Source of the DNA: Pseudodesulfovibrio piezophilus C1TLV30
GTDB lineage: Bacteria > Desulfobacterota > Desulfovibrionia > Desulfovibrionales > Desulfovibrionaceae
Direction: 5' to 3'
Length of the DNA stretch: 32,000 bases
NCBI RefSeq assembly: GCF_000341895.1
Contig: NC_020409.1
Location: forward strand, 990,001-1,022,000
The translations under genes were made by a program, and so were the position numbers. The notes beneath the pieces were generated by a model that did not search any database, was not told the DNA's origin, and saw nothing but the letters and a program-made list of their open reading frames with translations. Shown one piece after another: positions 6,741-14,974 of this stretch (positions are counted from its first letter, which is position 1; every line of letters starts with the position of its first letter).

Positions 6741-7152
6741 GTAGCTACCGAATCACGAATGCACTCTTCCGGGATCTCCCTGTCAGAATCTCCCATAAGT
6801 CGATCTTTCTCACGCCCGTTTGAAAAGAGCAGAAATATTGGTGTTCCATCGATCATGAAACGCTCCATGGCACTATCAATGTAATACGCATCGAAAACAT
6901 AACACACTCAATCGAAACGTCCCTGCTCGCAGCACCCAGGATGTGGGTCTCGAAAAAGACACTGTTCCGCTTGAGGAATGCCACCAGAAATGGCTCCCGC
7001 CGTGTTTACACCTTCATATCGAGTGTATAAGATTCCGGGTTTTCATCATTTTTCCGACTCCCGGCGCTCCATATACAGAAATTATGGTTATTACTTTTCA
7101 ACGCTTGTATGGTCGCTTCTCCCACCATACAAGGGCATGACCAAATCACCAT
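6734..7152 (-). pseudogene. Decayed thioredoxin-fold gene remnant (frameshifted, with internal stops)
   Basis: Hand translation of the complement gives a C-terminal frame (6907-6734) of VCYVFDAYYIDSAMERFMIDGTPIFLLFSNGREKDRLMGDSDREIPEECIRDSVATK*. This resembles the Trx core (..vd.d....a..f.i.giPTlllFknGe.v.r.vG). It is interrupted upstream by TGA at 6910-6908. A different frame from ATG 7152 gives MVIWSCPCMVGEATIQALK..., which stops at 7006. No single intact frame spans the region. Confidence 0.3.
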
Positions 7153-7209
7153 ATTGAGCGCTTAGACTCACTCTACTTTGATAAAATGTATGCAAAGCGC
7201 TGCAGAAGA

Positions 7210-10188
7210 TCACGCTTCGAAATCCCAGGCATCAAGCTTTCTATAGAGAGTCGCTCGATGGATACCCAACTGACGGGCTGCTTTGGCTTTATTCCCGCCA
7301 CAGCGGGTCAATGCTTCTAGAATATCTTGTTTCCCCACCTTTCTGGCAGAAGGAGGCTGAGACGTGGCACTCCCCCTCCCAACAGTCAATTGCATTCCAG
7401 AGGGGGAAGAAAGAGGGACATCGGCCCCTTCGCCGTATGGATAGAAACCGTTTCGCATCTGATCCGTCAGATCCTTGCGCATATGGTTTATCCCTATCTC
7501 GCTTCCGGGAGACAAGATACAGGCATGCTCGAGAATATGGCGTAGTTCACGAACATTGCCGGGCCAACTGTAGCCCATGAAAAGATCAAGGACTGCATCT
7601 GAAACCTTCTCAAAAGTCTTGTTGAATTGCCCTGAGAAAATTTCGAGGAAATGCTCGACCAAAAGCGGAATATCCGCCTGCCGTTCTCGCAAAGGAGGCA
7701 AAAAAATCGGCATGACATTCAACCTGTAATACAGGTCTTCACGAAATGTTCCCATCTTGACGGCTCGCAAAAGATTCACATTGGTCGCAGCAATGATACG
7801 AACATCCGCTGTGTGGGTTTTGGATTCTCCCACCCGCTCATATTCCTTCTGCTCGAGGAACCGGAGTAACTTAAGCTGAATAAGCGGTGAAATATCACCA
7901 ATTTCATCCAGAAAAAGCGTACCACCCTGAGCCGCCTGGATACGCCCGACTTTATCCCGCACGGCACCGGTAAACGCACCACGCACATGGCCGAAAAGCT
8001 CGCTCTCTAGCAAATTTTCAGACAGCGCCGAACAATTGACCTTGACCAATGGAGCCCCGGCTCTTGATCCGCCATAATGCAGTGCTTCTGCGATCAATTC
8101 CTTGCCGGTCCCCGATTCTCCAAGAATAAGAACAATGGAATCCAGAGAAGAAAGCTGCTCCAAAAGCTTGTAAATATCCTGCATCATGGAACTTCGACCG
8201 ATAATACCCCGAAAACCATGCCGCTCGTGCAACCGTTTCTCAAGATCCGCTATGCGAGAGACATCCCTGACGACAAGCACAGCACCAATATGCTGTTTGT
8301 TCTGATCGACAAGAGGGGTGCAGTTGAGCTCTACCATGCGCTGTCCAAGCGTCGGAACATCCAGATCAGCTTCATATCCGCGTACAGATTTACTCGTCCG
8401 CAAAACCTGCTTCAAGACTCCCAGACAGGGGTGTCCCGAATCACCTATCAATTCCCGAAAATCCCGTCCCTGAGCGATCTCGCGATCAAGAGAGAGAAGT
8501 CCTCCTGCAGCACTGTTGGTGGCTATGACACGAAGCTCACTATCCACGGTCACGATGGCATCCGGGATGCTGCGAAACGTGGCCTCCAGATTAAGACGAT
8601 ACTGTTCCTTTTCCGCTGTGGCCCTGTCCAGAGCATTTTCGGCTTCCTTACGATCCGTGACATCACGCCCGACGGCCTGGACCTCTATGATATCGCCACG
8701 CTGGTCCAGAACAGCGCGATTGGTCCACAAGACCCATCTCGGTTCGCCATCTGAACGTTCAACATACTGCTCACGATCAAAGACGGGCCGATCCGGGCCT
8801 GCTTCATGAATCCAGGATTTAAGATCACGCCGTTCACTCCCGGCCAGGGTCGGAAAATACTTCTGCCCGACGATTTCATCTTCATCCACTCCAAAGAATT
8901 TGGCATATGCTCCGTTAATGAAGGTCAATTCACCATCGGGATTATATCGGCAAATAAGTTCTGTCTGGTCCTCGACCACTGCCCGGTAGAGTCGTGCCCC
9001 CTCTCGCAGGGCTTCCTCCGCCACTTTGCGTTGTGAAATATCCTGAATAAAAACCGTGCACACTTCTCGACCGTCATGCACAAAATGACTCATGGAAACT
9101 TCCACCGGAAAAGTCACCCCACCCGCACGACAGTGATATTGCAGAGGAATATGTTCAGCTCCCGAACGAATGGATTCCATGGTCCGTTCCGGTTCAGCCG
9201 ACAAATCCCGTATGGTCAAATCCAGCATAACTTCCACGGGATATCCGTAAAGCTGCCTCCCTGCCGCGTTACAGTCCAGTATCGCACCATCGTTTCTATC
9301 AACCATAATGATGGCGTCCCTGGCCGCTTCATAGACTGAACGATACCGCTTTTCACTCTCAGCAAGCCCCACTTCAGACTGACGTTGGGCTGTAATATCC
9401 CGTGTTACAACCACAAATCCGGCCAGCACCGCCTCAGTATAGACAGGACGAACCTGTGTAATAAAGACAGCCCCACCGCTATATTCCTCTCTCTGCTGCG
9501 GTTGGCCAGTGGCCTTGGCTTTTTCGAGGGCATCTTCCTGAATTGACCTGGAAAGACTGGACAATCTCGATAGATACTTCTGAAGGACCAAATCTTCAAT
9601 CCGACCATTGAGAAGATGAGCCCCCGCCCTGTTCACTTCTAACAGGGCATAGCGGGAATCCAAAAGAAAAGCTGCTTCATCTCCCGTATCAAGAAATGCA
9701 CCGAGAAAACTTCTGGAAAGAGTAAGGCTTCGTTGCGTACGCTTCTCCCGAAGCAACAAGTCCCGGACCATCCCCCCTTGCCGTACAGCCTCCTCCAACT
9801 GGCATCGGTCTACCGGGCACCGCACGAAACTTAAGGCCCCCATGCGGGAAGCAATTTCCTCCGGGGCTTCAACGTCTACACCGGTAACCAAAATCACCGG
9901 AAGATTTTCGCCCCGTGATTTGACATATGCCAACAGCCTTTCACTTTCTCCGCCCGGCTCATGGTCTACAAGCAAGACGTCAGGCTCTTGTCTTTTGATG
10001 ATATCCACGGCTTCTTGCCCGGACGTGGCAACGATCACCTCAAATCCCTTGTTGGTGAGGATGTCGCAGATAAGCCGACATATGGCAGCATCGCTCAAGG
10101 CGACGAGAACGGTTGAATTCACCTGAAAATCTCCTGAAAACATCCATACATCACTTGCTTCTCGATAACCAGCCCCCATTCGCCTCAC
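7210..10188 (-). CDS. Sigma-54-dependent response regulator with REC, multiple PAS, AAA+ and Fis HTH domains
   Basis: The 992-aa ORF has an N-terminal receiver (VLLVDHEPGG, PVILVTG), at least three PAS-like blocks, a Walker A motif (GESGTGKE), the sigma-54 loop ELFGHVRGAFTGA and the HTH KAKAARQLGIHRATLYRKL. The start is uncertain: GTG 10188, ATG 10179 or ATG 10143. Confidence 0.92.
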   Translation of the reverse strand: MRRMGAGYREASDVWMFSGDFQVNSTVLVALSDAAICRLICDILTNKGFEVIVATSGQEAVDIIKRQEPDVLLVDHEPGGESERLLAYVKSRGENLPVILVTGVDVEAPEEIASRMGALSFVRCPVDRCQLEEAVRQGGMVRDLLLREKRTQRSLTLSRSFLGAFLDTGDEAAFLLDSRYALLEVNRAGAHLLNGRIEDLVLQKYLSRLSSLSRSIQEDALEKAKATGQPQQREEYSGGAVFITQVRPVYTEAVLAGFVVVTRDITAQRQSEVGLAESEKRYRSVYEAARDAIIMVDRNDGAILDCNAAGRQLYGYPVEVMLDLTIRDLSAEPERTMESIRSGAEHIPLQYHCRAGGVTFPVEVSMSHFVHDGREVCTVFIQDISQRKVAEEALREGARLYRAVVEDQTELICRYNPDGELTFINGAYAKFFGVDEDEIVGQKYFPTLAGSERRDLKSWIHEAGPDRPVFDREQYVERSDGEPRWVLWTNRAVLDQRGDIIEVQAVGRDVTDRKEAENALDRATAEKEQYRLNLEATFRSIPDAIVTVDSELRVIATNSAAGGLLSLDREIAQGRDFRELIGDSGHPCLGVLKQVLRTSKSVRGYEADLDVPTLGQRMVELNCTPLVDQNKQHIGAVLVVRDVSRIADLEKRLHERHGFRGIIGRSSMMQDIYKLLEQLSSLDSIVLILGESGTGKELIAEALHYGGSRAGAPLVKVNCSALSENLLESELFGHVRGAFTGAVRDKVGRIQAAQGGTLFLDEIGDISPLIQLKLLRFLEQKEYERVGESKTHTADVRIIAATNVNLLRAVKMGTFREDLYYRLNVMPIFLPPLRERQADIPLLVEHFLEIFSGQFNKTFEKVSDAVLDLFMGYSWPGNVRELRHILEHACILSPGSEIGINHMRKDLTDQMRNGFYPYGEGADVPLSSPSGMQLTVGRGSATSQPPSARKVGKQDILEALTRCGGNKAKAARQLGIHRATLYRKLDAWDFEA

Positions 10189-10275
10189 CCCGTATGGATT
10201 TTACTGTCTAATTGTTTCTGGAAAGGGTATAGGAAAAGTATGGGATAATTTGACAACCAAGCAAGGAGGAGAGCT

Positions 10276-10518
10276 ATGTCGACCTTTACAGAGACTGACC
10301 TTCCCATAAACATCCACCATGGAGAAATGGTGACACTGACGGATGGAACGTCAATTCGCTTCGAGTCAAACGGAGAAGCCAAAAATGTAATGATCAACGA
10401 TGGATTTGAACCTGCATGCACCCTGTTCCCCGGCTGTGACTATGTCGTAGAAGCAGCCGGAGGAAGTTATAAAGTGACATGCGAATTTGACGACTGTATG
10501 CATGTGGAAAAAATGTAA
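10276..10518 (+). CDS. Hypothetical small protein (80 aa, 4 Cys)
   Basis: A strong AGGAGG SD lies 7 nt upstream of the ATG. The gene is divergent from the REC-PAS EBP gene, and a hairpin (CGCCCGG-N13-CCGGGCG) follows the stop. I recognise no family. Confidence 0.6.
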   Translation: MSTFTETDLPINIHHGEMVTLTDGTSIRFESNGEAKNVMINDGFEPACTLFPGCDYVVEAAGGSYKVTCEFDDCMHVEKM

Positions 10519-10721
10519 CAGCCGCAGTTCGGCCCCCCCGCCCGGCTGGAAATTCCGACCGGGCGTCCTCCCTACTAAACACCGTCACTGATACGCAGAT
10601 TATAATATCGTCTCACTTTACTTTTACAAAAAGATCGCTCACATAATGAATAAGGACTCCGATCCGTGTCCATTCCCGCCATGGGATCGCGCTGACCAGA
10701 AATAGCACCGGGGGAGAACAC

Positions 10722-11117
10722 GTGGCAAAGATACTTATCGCTGAAGACGACAGAATATCACAAAAACTTGCAGCAAAAATAGTTGAGGAGCTTGGACATA
10801 TCGCTTTTGTCAGTCCCCATGGCAAACATGCATACGAAGCTCTTACGGCCTGTAACGATTTTGACCTACTGCTTACGGATATAATGATGCCTGTAATGGA
10901 TGGACAACAATTGATCCAAACCATGCGGGGCGACCAGCAATTCATGAATTTTCCGATCATTATCATGTCAGCAGTCGTTGGTATCAACGACATTTCCAAT
11001 CTACTGAAACTTGGAGCGACCTTATTCCTGGCCAAACCACTGGACCGGGCAGAGCTTCAAACCTATATCAAACGATGCCTCAAAAGTACTGAGAACGGGG
11101 GCATTGAGACACCGTAA
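10722..11117 (+). CDS. Single-domain CheY-like response regulator
   Basis: It has a GTG start with a GGGGGAG SD. Canonical receiver motifs are present: ILIAEDD, LLLTDIMMPVMDG, IIIMSA and LAKPL. The overlapping minus-strand ORF 10613..11035 has no recognisable features. Confidence 0.9.
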   Translation: MAKILIAEDDRISQKLAAKIVEELGHIAFVSPHGKHAYEALTACNDFDLLLTDIMMPVMDGQQLIQTMRGDQQFMNFPIIIMSAVVGINDISNLLKLGATLFLAKPLDRAELQTYIKRCLKSTENGGIETP

Positions 11118-11225
11118 TCCACCACTTATTCTCCACAGAGTTTGGACGCTTCCGTTGTATCATCAAGCAATGGTTGCACTTGCCGTCATTGGCAGGTATC
11201 GAGTTGAATGAGAATTGAATGAAAC

Positions 11226-12494
11226 ATGCGCATACTTATCACTCATAACAACTTCCCCGCTCAGTTCAGGCATATTGCGGAGTACCTTGGCAGAACCCCC
11301 GGCAACCAAGTGGTCTTTGTCACCAAAACACCTCGAAAGGAATGGACAATCGAAGGTGTAACCAAGGTCATCTTCACCCCAAACCAGAGTCTGCGAGAAG
11401 ATTCCCACCCCCTTTGCACGAATTTTGAAAACAGCATCCGCCATGCTCAAGGTATGAGCCAGACATGCGTGGCGCTCAAGGAAAGGGGATTCATACCCGA
11501 TGTTATCCTGGGGCATTCAGGCTGGGGACAGACGCTTTTCATGCGTGATATTTTTCCGGATACTCCTTTTATCTGCTACTTTGAGTGGTACTATAGTTCT
11601 ACCAGCGCAGAGACCACCTTTGATATGCGAAAACGGACCATAAGTGAACGTGCTCAATTACGCCTGCGTAACGATGCCATCCTTCATGATCTGGTCTCCT
11701 GCCAATCCGGCATCACTCCCACAAACTGGCAACGCTCCCAGTTTCCTTCAGAGTTCCACTCCAAGCTGGTTCAGGTTCATGACGGAATTGATACGCACTA
11801 CTTTTCTCCACACCACACAGGACTGCTCTCTCCTCAAGAACTGAACATTCCCGGACTTGACCTGACAGGAGCAAAAGAGCTGATCACCTATTGCGCGAGA
11901 GGTATGGAACCTTACAGAGGATTTCCGCAATTCTATCAGGCATTGCCCGCCATTCTCGCTCAACGTCCTGATTGCCATGTCCTTATCGTGGGTGAAGATC
12001 GAGTCTGCTACAGCCCCAAACTCCCTGAAGGCGACAGCTACCGAAAACGAATGGAAGCACAGATCAAGGTTGATGAAAGTCGAGTCCACTTCACCGGTCC
12101 CTTGCCATACGGTCAGTATAAACAGGTCCTTTTGGCATCTTCCGCACATATCTACCTGACATGGCCCTTCGTTCTTTCCTGGTCCCTCCTTGAAGCAATG
12201 TCATGCGGTTGCCTGATTATCGGCTCGGACACCGACCCTGTTCACGAGGTGCTGAGGCACGGAGAAAACGGTTTGATGACTGACTTTCATTCCCCTGCTC
12301 ATATTGCTGATACAACCCTTTTTGCGCTTGAAAAACAGGCCGAACTCCGCGACCTGCGAACCAATGCGCGTCAAACAATACTCGATACGTATTGTCTCAG
12401 TAAATGTTTGCCCATTCACCTGAAAATTCTTGCAGAAGCCGCAAGGAGTGGGCCTCGTTATCACAAACACACAACCATCCAGAGTGACTCATGA
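11226..12494 (+). CDS. Glycosyltransferase, family 4 / group 1 (GT-B fold)
   Basis: The 422-aa ORF has the C-terminal GT1 signature EAMSCGCLIIGSDTDPVHEVLRHGENGLMTDF (E-x7-E-like motif). Confidence 0.85.
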   Translation: MRILITHNNFPAQFRHIAEYLGRTPGNQVVFVTKTPRKEWTIEGVTKVIFTPNQSLREDSHPLCTNFENSIRHAQGMSQTCVALKERGFIPDVILGHSGWGQTLFMRDIFPDTPFICYFEWYYSSTSAETTFDMRKRTISERAQLRLRNDAILHDLVSCQSGITPTNWQRSQFPSEFHSKLVQVHDGIDTHYFSPHHTGLLSPQELNIPGLDLTGAKELITYCARGMEPYRGFPQFYQALPAILAQRPDCHVLIVGEDRVCYSPKLPEGDSYRKRMEAQIKVDESRVHFTGPLPYGQYKQVLLASSAHIYLTWPFVLSWSLLEAMSCGCLIIGSDTDPVHEVLRHGENGLMTDFHSPAHIADTTLFALEKQAELRDLRTNARQTILDTYCLSKCLPIHLKILAEAARSGPRYHKHTTIQSDS

Positions 12495-13039
12495 AATCAT
12501 TTTTGAAAAGTTTTTCCCTTGCCGCATTTCTCATTTTCTTGATGGCATTTCCCAGCCATGCCGCAGACCTTGAAAACACCCTCTATCTTGATCTCAAGGA
12601 TGGGCGTGTCGTTATTGAAATGCGCCCGGACCTTGCTCCCCAGCATGTCAAAAGAATCAAGGAACTCGTCCGCATGAAATTCTACGATGGCATCAAGTTC
12701 CATCGCGTCATTGATGGATTCATGGCCCAAACAGGAGATCCGACCGGCACTGGTCGCGGAGGTTCCGGCAAAAACCTGAAGGCTGAATTTTCACCTGCTC
12801 CTTTCAATCGGGGAACCGTTGGAATGGCTCGTGCCAATTCTCCAGACAGCGCAGACAGTCAATTCTTCATTTGTCTCGCTCCGGCTCAATTTCTCAATGG
12901 CAAATATACTGTATGGGGGCAGGTGATATCCGGCATGGAGTATGTTGACCACATTCGCAAAGGGATCGGTCAAAGCGGTATGGTCAGTAACCCGGATATC
13001 ATTGTCCGCATGCAAGTCGCGGCCGACGTTCCGAAATAA
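12491..13039 (+). CDS. Peptidyl-prolyl cis-trans isomerase, cyclophilin type, exported
   Basis: It has a signal peptide (…AFPSHA/AD) and the cyclophilin core FHRVIDGFMAQTGDPTGTGRGG...NSADSQFFI. It overlaps the upstream gene by ATGA. Confidence 0.93.
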   Translation: MKSFLKSFSLAAFLIFLMAFPSHAADLENTLYLDLKDGRVVIEMRPDLAPQHVKRIKELVRMKFYDGIKFHRVIDGFMAQTGDPTGTGRGGSGKNLKAEFSPAPFNRGTVGMARANSPDSADSQFFICLAPAQFLNGKYTVWGQVISGMEYVDHIRKGIGQSGMVSNPDIIVRMQVAADVPK

Positions 13040-13053
13040 CGATCCCACCGACA

Positions 13054-13097
13054 CAGAAAAAGTGGCGCGACTTCATGAAGTCACGCCACTTTTTCTG
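13054..13097. terminator. Bidirectional intrinsic terminator between convergent genes
   Basis: CAGAAAAAGTGGCG-cgacttcatgaagtca-CGCCACTTTTTCTG, a symmetric stem with A-run and T-run flanks, lies between the PPIase stop (13039) and the acyl-CoA synthetase stop (13112). Confidence 0.7.
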
Positions 13098-13111
13098 TCT
13101 TTCAGACAAAT

Positions 13112-14926
13112 CTATTTATCGAGATAAATAAATCGCTTTATTTTCTGGGTCGGGGTCTTCTCAAAAGGTTCCACTTGCTCAATAACACGGGACAACCGGG
13201 CAAAGGAAGAGACTTTTGAATTGACTTCAGTCCGGACATCTTCAAGCAGTGCCTTGATCTTGGAACGGACCTCTGATTCAATCATTTTTCCAGCTCCAAG
13301 CTCTTCATCCAACGCATCGTAGTTGAGGTGAATTCTGGCAATGACTTTGCCATCCACATCATACACAAGTGACTCCATGACATAATCACACTGGTTGATG
13401 ATGGATTCCACCTCTTCGGGATAAATATTCTCACCGCTGGGACCAATGATAACATTTTTCAAGCGCCCCTTAATGAAAAGATACCCATCCTCGTCAATAA
13501 TCCCCAGATCGCCTGTAAGCAGCCACCCATCTTCGGTAAAAGTACTTTTTGTATCATTGGGTGCTTTGTAATACTCCCGCATGACATTCGGTCCTTTGGC
13601 GATGATTTCCCCTTCCCCTGTTTCAGGATGGGGATCAAGAATTTTTAATTGAATCCCGGCAATCTGAGGCCCAATGGCTCGGAGTTTCTGTTTCTCCGGC
13701 CTGGTCCCGGCCAGAAGCGGAGCTGTTTCCGTCATCCCATACCCAATGGCATATGGGACCTCAGCTTCATGCAAAAATTCTTCCACTTCCGGAGCAAGCG
13801 CGGCTCCACCGATGCAAAGACATCGCAATTCGCCCCCAAAAGCCTCGATAAGCTTCTTTCCGGCGATTCGTGAAACTTTACGGCGTGCAGCTCCGATTTT
13901 CATCAGACCGCCCATAAGCCCCTTGGAGGACAGCTTCGGCTTGATTCGCTTCTTGTAGATTTTTTCAATGATCAAAGGGACAATATTCATGACAGTCGGT
14001 TGGACTTTCTCCATGGCGGGAAGCAGCGTGCGGGGAGTCGGAGGCCGCTGGAGATAGGCAACGGAGCTGCCGCAATGCAATGGGATAATCAAGCCAACCG
14101 TGCATTCATATGTATGAGCCATAGGAAGAACGGAAAGGAATCGATCTGTTTCAAAGACCGGGATGGTCTGAATGCCCGCAAAAGCATTCGACACAAGATT
14201 TCCATGGGTCAGGACCACGCCTTTGGAATGTCCGGTGGTCCCTGAAGTATACAGGATTGCGGCCACCGTTTCAGACGTGAGCTTAAATGCTTTTCCAGTC
14301 TTACGATCAAAAAACTTACGGGCCTTGAGGCTGAATTCACTGAACTTCTCACGAGCGGAATCATAAGCTTCCGTTACTCTGGCCTTGGTGCTGTCATCAG
14401 CACGATCCATGTACTTTCTGGCCTTTTCGCTCAGTTCTTCAAAAGTTTCCCTTGCCGCTTCGACAGCTTCTGAGAAAGTCGTTTTGGGTGCGTCTTCATT
14501 CACCACGGAAAGGTCATCCATATTGATGACTGTCTTGAGATCAGGAAAACTCTCGCCTTCAACCTTGTCTATATATCGACTGGAGACAACAACAACCTTT
14601 GCCTCTGAATGTCGAAGTATATGATGGACAGCGCTGCAATGAAATTCTTGCAGAATGGGAACAGCAACAGCCCCCATTGAAGTCACGGCAAAATAGGTGA
14701 CAGCCCAGTGGGGCATATTCTCGCCGATAATGGCGACCTTGTCCCCTGGTCTGACCTCACACCCGGCCAGGAGCGTTTCGAGGTCTCTCACCAGTTCGAG
14801 TAGCCGAGAATAGTGCAGGGGATCGCCCCCCACAAAGCTCAAGGCAACGCGATCTGCATGCTTGGCAACGGACTGCTCAAGCAGATCCTTGAGGGTCATT
14901 TCTTGTTCGTTCACACGGTCCTCCAT
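13112..14926 (-). CDS. AMP-dependent long-chain acyl-CoA synthetase/ligase
   Basis: The 604-aa ORF has the AMP-binding P-loop ILYTSGTTGHSKGVVLTHGNL, the GYGMTE motif and a C-terminal TGDLG...GRLKNVI...GENIYPEEVE. It carries an insertion of about 75 aa before the P-loop. Confidence 0.9.
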   Translation of the reverse strand: MEDRVNEQEMTLKDLLEQSVAKHADRVALSFVGGDPLHYSRLLELVRDLETLLAGCEVRPGDKVAIIGENMPHWAVTYFAVTSMGAVAVPILQEFHCSAVHHILRHSEAKVVVVSSRYIDKVEGESFPDLKTVINMDDLSVVNEDAPKTTFSEAVEAARETFEELSEKARKYMDRADDSTKARVTEAYDSAREKFSEFSLKARKFFDRKTGKAFKLTSETVAAILYTSGTTGHSKGVVLTHGNLVSNAFAGIQTIPVFETDRFLSVLPMAHTYECTVGLIIPLHCGSSVAYLQRPPTPRTLLPAMEKVQPTVMNIVPLIIEKIYKKRIKPKLSSKGLMGGLMKIGAARRKVSRIAGKKLIEAFGGELRCLCIGGAALAPEVEEFLHEAEVPYAIGYGMTETAPLLAGTRPEKQKLRAIGPQIAGIQLKILDPHPETGEGEIIAKGPNVMREYYKAPNDTKSTFTEDGWLLTGDLGIIDEDGYLFIKGRLKNVIIGPSGENIYPEEVESIINQCDYVMESLVYDVDGKVIARIHLNYDALDEELGAGKMIESEVRSKIKALLEDVRTEVNSKVSSFARLSRVIEQVEPFEKTPTQKIKRFIYLDK

Positions 14927-14974
14927 ATAATGATGCGCAATGCGCTCACAGCCATATCATGTCAGGCATTCGGG

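Noticed and set aside
6908-6910. The in-frame TGA in the Trx-like remnant as a selenocysteine codon
   Set aside because: The TGA is not at a CxxC/UxxC redox position. I could not fold a convincing SECIS-like hairpin in the 60 nt downstream. The N-terminal part is also in a different frame, so decay is the simpler explanation.
8077-8754. Long antisense ORFs inside the large regulator and kinase genes (also 14813..15568, 24153..24681, 28750..29456)
   Set aside because: They are shadow frames of strongly supported genes on the opposite strand, with no SD or motifs.
10613-11035. A 140-aa minus-strand ORF competing with the CheY-like gene
   Set aside because: The plus-strand product has all canonical receiver motifs (DD, D, S/T, KP). 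The minus-strand product has nothing recognisable.
11201-11222. A tandem 11-bp direct repeat, GAGTTGAATGA GAATTGAATGA, immediately upstream of the glycosyltransferase start
   Set aside because: There are only two copies, and it is AT-rich and short. It could be a regulator half-site pair, but there is no supporting context. A nearby TGGTTGCACTTGC has the wrong GG-GC spacing for sigma-54.
14927-14974. A TGGCTG...GCATTGCGCA sequence between the kinase and acyl-CoA synthetase genes as a sigma-54 promoter
   Set aside because: The GG-to-GC spacing is off by 2-3 nt from the canonical -24/-12 geometry.
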